From assembly GCF_009914755.1 (NCBI RefSeq), contig NC_060926.1: a stretch of DNA of 64,000 bases. One strand, written 5' to 3'. Shown piece after piece: positions 27,030 through 43,388 of the stretch. Below the pieces are notes generated by a model, which saw only the letters and a list, made by a program, of their open reading frames with translations, was not told where the DNA came from and searched no databases. The position numbers and the translations under genes were made by a program. Within the stretch, counting starts at the first letter, position 1. Each line of letters opens with the position of its first letter. Source of the stretch: the human T2T-CHM13v2.0 reference genome, Homo sapiens.

Positions 27030-27240
27030 TAATATGAAAAGCATCAGCTCTTGGAATCAGGAGACTTGAGTCCCAGCTATGGTTCTGTTACTATTAAGAT
27101 AAAGTCCTTGGATAAATCACTTAACCTCTCAGATCCTCCTCCTTCTCCCTACTACAGTGAAGTCCTTGGGCTCCTCTTCAAGGTAACTTAAGAGGCAAAT
27201 ATTTGTGGGAAAAGAATTTTCCTATATGAACCCGTCTATA
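27030..27240 (+). mobile_element. MIR
   Basis: ggaatcaggagacttgagtcc...ccttggataaatcacttaacctctc. Confidence 0.6.
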
Positions 27241-27804
27241 AAAAATTGGGAGTGGGCCAAAAGGAAAAACAAATCATTATCAAAGTGATGTTATTTTTTC
27301 GCATGCATACCAATGATGAAAAAGAGGTTAGTGCATTTTTCAAACACCTCTAGTTTTTATGGTGTTATTGTCAATGTCATAAACAATTGTGTGACTCTGA
27401 CCTACATGCCCTGTGGGGAAGAGACTCTGAAAGTTGTTCATTATTTTGAGATCTGCTCACTGCTCCACTCATTTTATGAGATTATCTGCATTTGGGCCTA
27501 GCCACATCTTTTTCCAACTAAGTAATCCACTTTAATTTTTTTATTTTAATTACACTTTTTCTCTTTGAATATACTCTAAAAGTTCTGAGTTAGAAGACGC
27601 AGGTGTGAGTACTCCCCAACCCCTGCCCAGATACTTGATTTTAGGCAAGCCAAGTGCTTAAGCATCAGTTCATCGCATCTTTCCTTTCCTCTCTTTTACT
27701 CACTTTCTTTTCTTCCTTATTCCTTTTCTTTCATCTCTTCCTCTTTCTTCTCCTTACATATCTGCTTAGAAGATGAAGATCTAATTAAATATTGTGTACA
27801 CAAC

Positions 27805-28075
27805 CTGGGATAGGGGAGTGAGGACCTCCCTAAATCTACTCCTTCACAAAAGTAACAAAAACACTACAAAAATTTGTCAAAATCAAGTTCTTCAGAACTC
27901 TGTAAATTAACCAAAAGTTTACAATATTTTGAAAAGTGTTTATATTCAAGAAAAAAATGTTGAACCTTGGCAAGAATAATGAGCTGTTTGCCTTTTCACT
28001 TTTCCCTATTCCCATCCCCCCATCCAACTCAGGAGCAACTTTGAAAATCAGCAGCCTTTTAGCCATTGGAGAGGA
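27805..28075 (+). mobile_element. Old L1 (L1MD/L1MC-type) 5' end fragment
   Basis: gtcaaaatcaagttcttcagaactctgtaaattaaccaaaag...tattcaagaaaaa resembles recalled L1MDa/L1MCa 5' ends. Confidence 0.5.
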
Positions 28076-28485
28076 AAGAACAGTTTGGGACACTGAATTT
28101 AGTTCTCTTTTCTTAATGTATAAAGCACTTTTATGTGCATTTATCCTCTATGGCATCTCAAAGAACCAGTTTTGCAGTAGTTGTGATAACAAATCTAACA
28201 CTCTAGCAGGAGGTAGGCTGAGTAGAAAGCCTCTCTGCTATGAATTTGAAAAATGTTCTCAAACAATTTAAAGATGCCCACAAACACATTTGGGAGACAA
28301 AAATCATTAAGGGCTTTCTCAAAGAGTGAAAATCTTAGGCAAGGTTGGCCATCTTGCTTGCTTGGATGTATAGAGAAATTCATAGAAGAGGAAATTCGGG
28401 AAGTGGTGTTGGGGGACTAACAGTCTAATTGGATTTATGATCCCCTGAAGGTTTCTTATTTTTAAATTTTATACTTTTCAGGTTT

Positions 28486-29038
28486 TGTTACATTAGGTAG
28501 CTAGTCAGGTATGAGCAGGGGAGGAGAGGGTTCTCTGCCAACACACCTAGGCAACCATCAGGTGATAGTCATTCAGATGTTAACTGTTTTTCTAAAGTAA
28601 TAATTGCTCACAGCTGGCACCAGGAAAAAGGCAGTCTCCTAGTAGATAGAAAACACCTGAAACTGATCAGCAGCTTCCCCATAAGTCCCAGGAGTGAGGA
28701 GAAGTAAGGCACCATCCCAGAAGTATGTTAATGTATAAAACGCCAAGTCAAGAGGTCAAAACTGAGCACTTGGTTTCTCAAGTCACCTACTTGGTCCTCT
28801 TTCAACTTGTACTTTCCGTCTTCTTTTTTTTTAAATTTCTTTCCTTTTTTCCTTACTGTTCTAAAGCTTTTTAACAAATTTTCACTCCTGCTCTGAAACT
28901 TGCCTTGGTCTCTCCTTCTGCCTGGTGCCCCTCAGTCGAATTATTTCTTCTGAGGAGGCAAGAATTGAGGTTGCTGCAGACCCATCTGGATTCGCTGCCC
29001 GTTACTCAAGGTAACTAGGATCTCTGCCACTGCTAACA
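28486..29038 (+). mobile_element. MER50/MER66-type ERV1 solo LTR
   Basis: TGTTA...TAACA termini; perfect 4-bp TSD GTTT (28482-28485 / 29039-29042). Confidence 0.82.
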
Positions 29039-30210
29039 GTTTCTTCACATTTTTTTCTAAAGCTGATTTAACTAACTGTGTCACAATAATCACCTCTTAG
29101 GTATCTCTGAGCAATTTCACATTCAATATGGGTATTAACCACACTTCTAAAGTTGTAAGTTTAATTAGTATTCTATCTATTCCATTTACTAAACCATGAA
29201 TGAAGATTTTCTTAAGATGAGCCTCATAATCTCATGGAATGTAGCAGAACTTATTGTCAGCTTAAATAATTTATCATTTACCATTGGAGATGAGGGATGG
29301 CACAATAATTTAGTTCAGTCTTGCCTCAGAGATGCTGATAATCCAATGAGTAATCGGTTCTGCGGGGAACTCAGCTGTTGACACCTGTCACTCTTGAGGT
29401 CACTAAATCTTCCATTCAGTATCAAGTCCTCTTAATTCTCCTGTCATCCTCTTTCATTTATCCGTGATTCTCCATTCTTCTGCATCTGCACTTGGTAAAC
29501 CCCTACAGGGTATGCTCAATTCCATATATTTATACACCTTTTGTACATATATAGTTGTGAATTTACTCATGAGCTGTAGCATCACCTTTCACCTACTCCT
29601 ATTCTTGCCTTTTGTCCCTGTGCCTGGTTACACATGAGTGGGTAGTTCCTGCTCTAAGTTAAACAGAAGCCTAGTCCAAATCACTTTACTTACCTCATTT
29701 ATGTCTTCTCCCTCAATTCACAGGAACAAACTCAGGAGCAAAACTTCATCGCAAAAGGTAGGCTTTCTCTTTCCTAATAGTTCTCTCGCCTTCAAGGTAC
29801 CCTGCACTTTCCCATACATTATTAATAAAGATCCAATGACCCAAAATGTTTTCCAACACTGTTTACATTATAAGCTTTCTCTTCACTTCAATATAATTGC
29901 TTGTGATACTTGTTCCGATTAGCTGTGCTATTCTTATTATTGCTACTATGTTAATTATTTTTATCACACATTTTCATTGGTAGCATTCTTCTAATCAGGT
30001 AAAGATACCTTTTATGAGTTTCCTCTGAATTCCCACCTTCTCTGCCCTAGTCGAAACCCCTTTGCCAGAGTATTGCCAAAGTCATCTAATTGGTCTCCCT
30101 ATTGTTTGTCTTATCTACTCTGATCTTTCCTCCCAATTATGGCAGAATAGTCTATTGCTTAAAATCTTTCCTCTGGTTCTCTTTCGTTTTGGATAAAGAA
30201 CTAATAAATT

Positions 30211-33200
30211 TTTGAATTTTTTTCCATTGTAACTGTAGAAGATACTTGATTTCTGTCCTTTTAAATTAATTGAGTTTTGTTTCATGGCATATGATGTGGT
30301 TTATCCTTAAATATGCCCCATATACACTTTAGAAGTATGCATATTCTGTTGTCATTGGGTGTAATATTCTTTAGTTGTCTGTTAAGACTAGTTGGTTCAT
30401 AGTTTTTTTCCAGTCTCCTATTCTCTTCTTGATCTTCTATCTTGTTGTAGCCATTACTGAAGGTAATTTTCTATATGTTTCTTCATCTCTGTTTTTGCTA
30501 TTCACATTTTGGTGCTCTGTTACTAGGTACACATATGTTTATAATTCTTTTATCTTCTTGGTGGATTAGCCCTTTTATCATTATTCAAGGTCCTCTTTAC
30601 CTCTAGTAATCATTTTTTTTTTTAATTCTGTTATGTCTAATATAAGTATAGCCACTCCGGTTTTCATGCTGTTGCTGTTTTCACAGTATTTTTTCCATCC
30701 CTTTTTTTTCATTTGATTTTTGTCTTTGAATCTAATGTGTTTTTCCTGTAGATAATGTTTTGTCATGTTTTTAATGCAGTCTGATGATCTTTTATTTATT
30801 TTTTTCTTTTTTAAGTAGAGATGAAGTTTTGCTATGTTGCCCAGGCTGACCTTTAACTCCTGCATTCAAGTAATCTTCCTGCCTTGGCCTCCCAAAGAGC
30901 TAGGATAATAGGCATGAGCCACCATGCCTGGCCATGATGCCTGGCCAATATCTTTTTATTTAATTGTTTAATCCATCCACATTTAATGTTGTTGTGATAT
31001 AGCCAAATTTATATATGCCATTTAAATGTTTGTTTTCTACATGTTTCTTTTATATTCTTCCTTTCTCCTTTACTGTTTGGTTTTGGATTATTTTGAAATT
31101 GTAGCATTTTAATTGCATTAATGATTATTTTAGTATTTCTTTATGGTTTCTGCATGGTTTACTGAATATTACTTTACTTAACAAAATAAGCTTTGGATTT
31201 ATGCTAGCTCAGTTCCAGTAATATATGAAAATATTTCTCCTATATAGCTCTATTTCACTTTGTAATATTATTGTTATACATATGACATCCACTAATGTTA
31301 GAAACCCAACCATACGTTGTTACAGTTATTACTTTACCATCTGTCATAATTTCCTTAGCATATCACAGCTTTGCTCCCACCCACCTCCCTTGTACTATTT
31401 TGGCAAATATATCATACATATATTATATTTTTTATATGTTATAGTCTCAGCAATACATAATCTACATATTATTTTATGCACTTTTTAAATAAGAAAAGAT
31501 GAGAAAATATACATTTACAGTGTCTTCTATAGTTTAAATAATTACCTTTTCAATTGGTGATCTGTGTTTGCTCATGTGGTTCCTGATTACTATCTGAGGT
31601 TACTTGCTTTTAGCCTGAAGAACTTTTGTAGTGTTTCTTGTAAGACAGGGGTGCCAGCTACAAATTCTACCAGCTTTTGCTTTTCTGAGAAAGTCTTTAT
31701 TTTGCCTTATTTTTGAGAGAGAGTTTTGCTGTTTATAGGAGTCTGATAAGTCTTTGTTTAATTTGTTCCCTTTGAGCACTATGAATATGTTATTCCACTG
31801 CCTTCTGTCCACTGTTTCTGGTGAGAAGTTCACTGAATAACTCACTGGGTTGATTTGTAGGTGGACACATTATCTTCCTCTTGATTTGAAGATTTTTCTC
31901 CTTGATTTTTTCAGCGTTTTTACTATGATGTGTTAGTTTGTGGATTTCTTTGTGTTTATACCACTCGGAGATCATTGAGCTTCTTGGATGTGTAAGTTAT
32001 TGACTTTTTAATTAAATTTTGGAAGCTTTCAGGCATTGTTTATTCAAGTAGTTTTTCTTATACTTTCTCTCTCTTGTCTTTCTGGTACTTCTATTACTTT
32101 TAAGTTGGTGCACTTAATGGTATCCCATATTTCTGTGAAGCTCTGTTCTTTTTTTCTAAATTTTTTTTCTCTATTTTCCAGCTTGCATAATCTCCATCGA
32201 TCTTTGTTTAATTTTGGTAATTATTTTATCTGCTAGGTCAATATATTATTGAGCCTCTCTAGTGATTTTTTTAAAGTTTCAGTTATTATAGTATCCGATT
32301 TATGAGCATCTGTTTTTTTATAATTTCTATTTATTAATATTCTCTATTTGATGTGGCATTGTCTTTTTTTTTTTTACTTTAATCATGCTACATTTTAGTG
32401 CTGTGGGCATATTTATACTGGTTACTTTGAAATAATTTTTGTTAAATCCAACATATGGTTTTTCTTACAGGCAGATTGATCCCCATTGTGTGGGTTATAT
32501 GTTCCCCTCTTTCTTTGCATGACTCATTTTATGTTGGGAGCTGGATATTTTAGAAAACAAATTGCAGCAACTACAAGTACTGGTCTCCACATTCTTCCGA
32601 GGCTTCTTATTGTTATCTGCTTGTTTATTTGTTTAGTAACTGGCTAGATTATTTTAATGAAGTCTGTGTGCCAACCCCCCCCCTTTCACACACAAACATA
32701 CACACACAGACACCCCTAGTGATCAGCCTCTGGGTCTGCTTCTTGAGGATGTGCAGTTTGTGGGTGTACCCACAGTTACTCTGGGAAGACAGTGATCCTG
32801 GAAGGGCTATACTCCACTTTTTTTTCAAACCATATTCAACTGGTAAAATCTACTAATAGCCATTGCTCTACTATTTTTAATAATACCCTGGGACATATGT
32901 CTCTTTATAAACAAATCCAACCCAATTAAGGCTACTTCGAAAACATAGTTTCTGGGGTCAATTTTTAATACTTATTCTGATTCCAGGAGGAATCAGTTCT
33001 CCCAGTTCTCCTATTCTCTGGTTTTCTTTTGCAAACAAGCTAGCCTGTAGTTTGGCTGTATTTCCATTAGATCTGTGAATATCTTACCAGTCGTCTTCAC
33101 CACAACCTCTTCAAATGCTGGGGAAATAACTCTTTGGACCCTATTATTCTTGACATGTGATTTCTGAAGCACAGCCTTCGTTCTCTGAGTGAAGCCTGGA

Positions 33201-33600
33201 GAGAAGAAGGCACCCCCTCACCTGTCTAATGCACTATCTGCGACTTGGCCTCAACAACAGGCATGTGGGAGCAGGATTATTGACATCCTATTGAACAGAA
33301 AGAAAGTGTTTCAGCTTGGGAGAAATGAAACCCTGTGTTCTTCACTGTGGTCCTCTGGAGTGGAGCCTCCACCTCACAGAGCTGAGAGCAGTGGGAGGAG
33401 GAAGTGTGCAATCTTGGTTCAAATACCACAAAATCTTGTTCTTTCAAACCAATTTTTCATACATTGTTTGAATAGGTCTTTATTTGCTGCTTCACTTTTA
33501 GTCCATTTCCAAAGTCCTTTTTTAATAGTTACGACCAATTTCATTTGGGAGCATGCTAGCAGAGTCCCTTGTGCTCTCATGCCTGAAATTGATCTCCCAA
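30211..33600 (-). mobile_element. Old L1 (L1MC/L1MD-type), 5'UTR-ORF1-endonuclease region
   Basis: Degenerate reverse-strand L1 peptides (KKGWKK..KTGVAILI at 30581-30865; RRQWNNIFIVLK at 31600-31845). Confidence 0.75.
30795..30933 (-). mobile_element. FLAM/Alu left monomer
   Basis: gtagagatg..gctatgttgcccaggctg...gagccaccatgcctggcc; monomeric; short duplication atgcctggcc at the junction. Confidence 0.85.
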
Positions 33601-35953
33601 ACTTAACTAAAGATTTTGTTGACTTTCTTCCTTCTTGGAACACTTCCTGGAGAGAAGAAGAAAACAGGGGTAGGGCCCTTTCTCAAACATCTCATCAGTT
33701 CACCTATTTTAACTTTTCTTTGTCTCTTTTCTCAATCCTCTGGCCTAACAATTTTAGATCTTCTCCAGGATGTAGGCATTTCAATCTCCAGGTATCTTTT
33801 TCCAAAATCTTTCTATTGCTGGACTTGGAATTTTGCTTTTTTCAACATGAAAGCCAAGCATTTGAGGTCTATGTTTTCTTATTCTTAGTGAATAATACTT
33901 CTTAAACCTAACAGTCTGGATTGAAAGAAAATAAGTACAAAGGGAGTGTAGCTTGAGAGAGAGAATGCCTTTGGCTTTCTCTAAAAACATCTGGTCATAT
34001 TTACATGTTATTTCCTCTGCCAGGATTACCCTCTCCCAACCTATTGACAAACTTCTGATTGACTCAGATCAGATGTCAATGCTGAAACACGGATTACCTG
34101 CCACCGAAGGTTAAATTACCCCCGCATGTCTCCCCAGTGTGTGCTTACATGCATTTTTATATTTATTCTTTTACTTTGATATTCCTGTTGTTGTTGTTTT
34201 GAGTTGTCTACAGCCTCTTTTAAACAGTGAGCACTTATAATGCTGGCTTTGAGGTCCTATTACTGCATGATAAATATTTTATGAGTTAAAGGATGAAGAT
34301 ATGAAAGAAAGAATGTCATACTGAGAACAGAATTCAAGAAGGAGATGTTGGAGACAGGGGTAAACTGCCTAGGGCACAGTTCATATTAAGATCTTCCCAT
34401 AGGAGGAAGAAATTCCAGACCCTTCAATTTCTAGGAGATAAAAAGTTTTCATAGAAACTTAGTGCTAATTCTAGAAACAAAAATCTATTTAGGTCAGTAG
34501 ACAGCAGTAAGTTTGAGAGCATTTGGAAGTAAGCAGACAGACTCTTCTCACTTTGCCAATAAGCTTTGTACACAGACTTCTGATTCTCATCTGTTAAGGG
34601 TAAGAATAGGAAGGCTCCATTATGTGATGAATGTTGCCTTCAGCTGAAAATATTAAACTATGCAACTTTCAGAGATCCAGGACTATAAGGTTCAAATGGA
34701 GACAGGATTTTTCTAGCATATCAATATGTATCCTAGTTTCTAAAGATGCAAAACATTTTTTGTCCTTTCGTACCTGCTTACCAAGGATCTCAAAAGCAAG
34801 TAATTCACATTTCAGGGTCAGCTCTGCAGATTCTTTGCAGTAGCTGACATTTGTTTCTTCTCTAATTAACTGTATTTGTAACCTATGAGGAATGCTTTCT
34901 TTGAACATACAAGGAATCTGAGAAAACAGGAGGGGATGTGGATGGCTGCTGCAGGCCAAGTTTAATGGTCTGGATGAGTTTGATTATAGCTGATCATGCA
35001 CACCTCTTTCCAAATTAGTGTCCAGTGATGTCACTTTGCAGCTTCAGATTGTCCAGATTGAACACATTTAGGAATATTTACATCACAGAAATCCGCAAAA
35101 CTGCAAATCTTGGCTTTTTTCCCCACATTTCCCTCACAGAGCCAGTATATCATCACACCTCTGAATTATTTTCTACCACTTTTTGGGACAAAAAGAATTG
35201 TGTTATCTGCGATAGAAACACGGAAACATGCTTCACTTGCAATCAAATTATACTTTATAGCTTGGGATATTATAAAGCATGCTGCCCTGGGATTTAAGAC
35301 CTGAGTTTTCATCCTGGTTCTGCCATCTCTGTTGCCTGATATAAACTGCTTTATCTCCCTTGGACTCTGTATCAGTTTTAAAACAAAAGCATTGGGTTAA
35401 ATCATATGGGATAAAATTTGCTACTGATTATCATTTTAGTTTTAGAAGGAATATATATTAAAAATATTTGCCTGATAACACCCATAAAATTACTTAATGG
35501 AAAAAAAAGCCTGGATAATATCTTAGAGAACAGATATTGTGCTGTATTGATACAAGAACACTCCTTTTACGCAGACCCAGTTATCTATACAAGGCAAGAA
35601 GTTTTTTCATCCCTTGAATATTTATTTAAAATTCAATATTTCACAAGCCTTTTATCTAAGTTTATCTTAGTGCTTTTGAAATCATTTGATATTAACACCC
35701 CTCTTTCCTTCTTTTCATATGCCTCCTCTGAGATGGTCTGAATCAATTCTGATCTGTATTGCAATTAAAAGAATGAATCAACATTTATTCTCAAATGCTC
35801 ATTATCTCAATTTCTCTTATCATTACTAATTTCTTTTTCTTGTTTCCCCACTTTTTTACGTTTGTGGAAAAACTTTGCAGCCAATTATAGCAATTTATTC
35901 ATTTATTTTTAACTATTGATGCTAAGCAATTTTTCTTCGGTCTGAAGGGGCAA

Positions 35954-36537
35954 TATTGGGGAAACCAGCCCCACACCACCCAGTGGGTACCCTGAGTCCG
36001 GCGGAGACAAAGGAGTTAGAAAGAGACAGAATAAGCGTTTAAAAGGCGGGTCCAGGGGTCTGGAGCTTCGAGACTTGCTCACGGCCCAGAGCTCTCGGGC
36101 TCCACCCAATTTATTGGTTTACAAGCTCTTTGTTCTTAGGGCAGATGGGACGGGGAGGAAGGGATAAGGAAAAGGATTAATCAGTGAAGGAGAACTTGTG
36201 AGTCATTCGATAAGATGTATAGCAGTGGGGGTTTCTGTGAATTTCCTTGAGCAAAGGTGTGTGTCTAAACTACTTAGGATCTTTAACTTATTAGGAGTGA
36301 AATGGGTGGGAGCGGGTTTCAGGAGGAGCCAAGAAGTCTGATTATACTCCACTGCTTCAAGGGAGTGTTCTCTCCCTGAGCAACCTGTGGAATGCCGCTG
36401 AGCGGTTATGCTCTCGAGGCATAAAGACATGAAGGCAATAAGGAGACTTTTCTCCATAGAGGCTGCCCATGGCTTCCCATGGGTTTCTCACACAGGGGAG
36501 ACCAACTCAACTGGCACCCCGGAAACTCTTTCCCACA
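35954..36537 (-). mobile_element. LTR14 (HERV-K14/HML-1) solo LTR
   Basis: Reverse complement begins TGTGGGAAAGAGTTTCCGGGGTGCCAGTTGAGTTGGTCTCCCC; TSD GGCAA (35949-35953 / 36538-36542); many CpGs retained. Confidence 0.85.
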
Positions 36538-36693
36538 GGCAAGAAGACTGGACCTGGGCAAAGTTATAGAGTAGGTGAAGCTTGTCCTCCTTGCATTCTC
36601 TGTCTTCTATTTCTGGTAATAACCATAATGAAAACAAGAGAAAAAAATAAATAACCACCATTGGCTTAGTGCTTACCATGTGCAAAGCTCATC

Positions 36694-37053
36694 ATAGGTT
36701 GAGCTTTCCAGGAGCAGACATGGACATGGAATTTGAAGTGCAGGGTGTTCAACACCTACAGAAGGAAAGGTGTGATCATAATGCAGGCCCACAACCCATC
36801 AGAATATCTGGTAGGAGCCCTGGAGTGAATATTTGTTGATAGAGGTGTTCTCACATAGGGCTAAAAGGCTGGGCCTTGATACCTCCACATTTGTCAGTTA
36901 CCACGTGTGGACCACCACAGGAAGATCATGTCCTGAGGTGGGTGCAGCAGAGGCAGATCCTGAGACATCTGATGCCACTTACTGATGGTGCCCCTGTATC
37001 TGGTAGAAACTATTTCTTGAATGAGGATTTGAGCAATGCAGCTACATGTTGAC
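36694..37053 (-). mobile_element. Old ERVL LTR (LTR16/LTR33-type)
   Basis: Degenerate ggttgagctttccaggagcagac...tgaagtgcagg...aacacct...ggagccctggag. Confidence 0.45.
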
Positions 37054-38600
37054 CATGTCCAATACACATCTTGTACGGATGATTTCTGTCATTAGATGAT
37101 AGAAAAATAAAAGATAATCCTTTCCCTGAGTATTTGATGATCCAATGAGTCTTCAGAAGAATGATCCACTTAAAAGTTTACAGTTCTCACAAATATTGCC
37201 ATTGTGTATCTGAGTCTTTAGAATGCTTGCTCTCCCTTTCTGGCATTTCTGAAATGTCCACCCCCTACCTCCTTTAAAATATGGTCAGGGTTCCCAGGTT
37301 ATTTAGTTGGTGCGGAGACTGGGATGTGAAGTTTTTCCTGATTGGCTTTTCTCAGACAATAATTTGTGTACTGATATCACTAGGCTTTGAGCCTCTCAAA
37401 GATTGAGGAGATGCATAAAATACAGGCATTCCATAGGTATTTACAGAATTAATGGATAACAATCAACACAAACACACATACAACATACATCTGAAGTTAA
37501 AAAAGAAAAAAAAAGACAAATCCATTGGCCAGCAAATCTCACTAATATTTCTTCACATTTTCCAATTTTCTGAAGACATATGGCATTAAAGTTCCTTCTG
37601 CATCCTAGTCTTCATGAATTCTTCCACAGCACAGCAGTTGGTTGCTTGGAAGGTGCCAGGTGGTGCTGAGACAGCCATCACACCCTAAGGAAAGTCACAC
37701 CAGGAGATCCAGGGTACCAACTGTGTTCCAAATTGTCCTGGTATTTGAGCTACTGGTATGCAGAAAGCTACATGAAGGGAAACACGGTTTTGTCCCCTAG
37801 CAAGGCTTTTTACTGTTGCCAATAAAATAAATTGGGGTGCTGATGAGAATATTATCCAGATACACATTAGGACGGGGAAGAAAAAATGATTCTGATAGCA
37901 GTGTGATGAAAAACAGCAGCTTGCATTTTGCAGAGCATGTTGAACTATTCACACCATCCTGGCATTGAGCCTTCCTTGCATCCCTGTAGCATTGTGAGAA
38001 TTATCCAAAGGCACATTGTGTGGCATACATTTGACAGAGGGGAAGCATGAAGCACCCTATTATGAAGACCAAGTCATTGCGCCTTAGGTTACTTTGACTG
38101 CCCTTTGTACAGGTGAATGATCTCCCCTCTGCTAAATGTGCAGAAGGCTCTTCCATGCAATAAACATGGTGGTGTTCCTATATCCGTTGAAGGCCAGACC
38201 TGCTATGTCACAACTCATTCTTTCTCATCTACTTTGCAACTTTGTCCCTATAATCACCTTACCCTTTCATATCTCTTTTTTTTCTATCTTTTTTGTTTTT
38301 TTCCTTATGACACTATAATAAGCTTGTAAACAAGTTCTAAGATCTTCCATCTTAATATCTGTTTTGACACACACCTTATCTAAGTTTTCTTTTTTAATTA
38401 TACTTTAAGTTCTAGGGTACATGCATGCAACATCCAGGTTTGTTACATATGTATACATGTGCCATGTTGGTGTGCTGCAACCATTAACTCGTCATTTACA
38501 TTAGGTATATCTCCTAATGCTATCCCTCCCCCCTCCCCCCACCCCACAACAGGCCCTGGTGTGTGATGTTCCCCATCCTGTATCCAAGTGTTCTCATTGT

Positions 38601-42407
<3,807 letters not shown>

Positions 42408-42470
42408 TACGATGTTAGCTGGTTATTGTGCACGTTAGTTGATGCAGTTTCTTCCTAGCATCAATAGTCT

Positions 42471-42921
42471 TTACAATTTGGCATGTTTTTGCAGTGGCTG
42501 GTACCAGTTGTTCCTTTCCATGTTTAGTGCTTCCTTCAGGAGCTCTTGTAGAGCAGGCCTGGTGGTGACAAAATCTCTCAGCATTTGCTTGTCTGTAAAG
42601 GATTTTATTTCTCCTTGACTTATGAAGCTTAGTTTCGCTGGATATGAAATTGTGGGATGAAAATTCTTTTCTTTAAGAATGTTGAATATTGGCCCCCACT
42701 CTCTTCTGGCTTGTAGAGTTTCTGCCAAGAGATCAGCTGTTAGTCTGTTGGGCTTCCCTTTGTGGGTAACCTGACCTTTCTCTCTGGCTGCCCTTAACAT
42801 TTTTTCCTTCATTTCAATTTTGGTGAATCTGACAATTATGTGTCTTGGAGTTGCTCTTCTCAAGGAGTATCTTTGTGGTGTTCTCTGTATTTCCTGAATT
42901 TGAATGTTGGCCTGCCTTGCT
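42471..42921 (-). pseudogene. L1 ORF1 C-terminal fragment
   Basis: RRATPRHIIVRFTK...ARREWGPIFNILKEKNF...YPAKLSF...LQKHAKL. Confidence 0.92.
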
Positions 42922-43388
42922 CATCCTTTTTCTGAAAGTTCTTTAAAAAGTTATCTTCTGTGACACTACTTCCTCAACTCTTGCTTCCTCCAAGTTACTG
43001 CAATTAGGCTTTTGCCTGCATCTCTTCATGGAACTGCCTCCACCCTTGTCAAAGTCACAAAAGGTTAACATTTTCCCAGATTCAATGGTCAGTCCTCAGT
43101 TTGTATCTTATTTAAGCTTTCAGTAACACTTAACCCAGGTGATTACTTTGTCTTTCTGTAAACACACACTTTCTATCACTTCTAAAACACCACTTTCTTA
43201 CATTTTTCTTACCTAATATACTATGCTTTTTCAGTTTCCTTAGCTGAGTCTTCTCTTGCTTTATAAATTCTTAATGTCTGCATGCCACGGGGCTAAGGTT
43301 GAGGCTTCTTGTCTTTCTATCAAAAGAAGGCATCTCATACAGTCCCATAGCTTAAAATGCTATTTATATGTTGAAGACTTCCAAACTA
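42922..43388 (+). mobile_element. L2 RT-region fragment (continues at 52245-53225)
   Basis: caaagtcac..ttcaatggtcagtcctcagt..atcttatttaagctttcag...tatatgttgaagacttccaaa, colinear with L2. Confidence 0.6.

Noticed and set aside
33189-33905. Longest ORF in the track (238 aa)
   Set aside because: GTG start, mostly antisense to an old L1 5' region, no recognisable domain; consistent with a chance ORF
37652-37669. CTCF-like / REST-like motif ggtgccaggtggtgctga
   Set aside because: Two mismatches at key C positions for CTCF and only the left half-site (TCAGCACC on the minus strand) for REST; too weak alone
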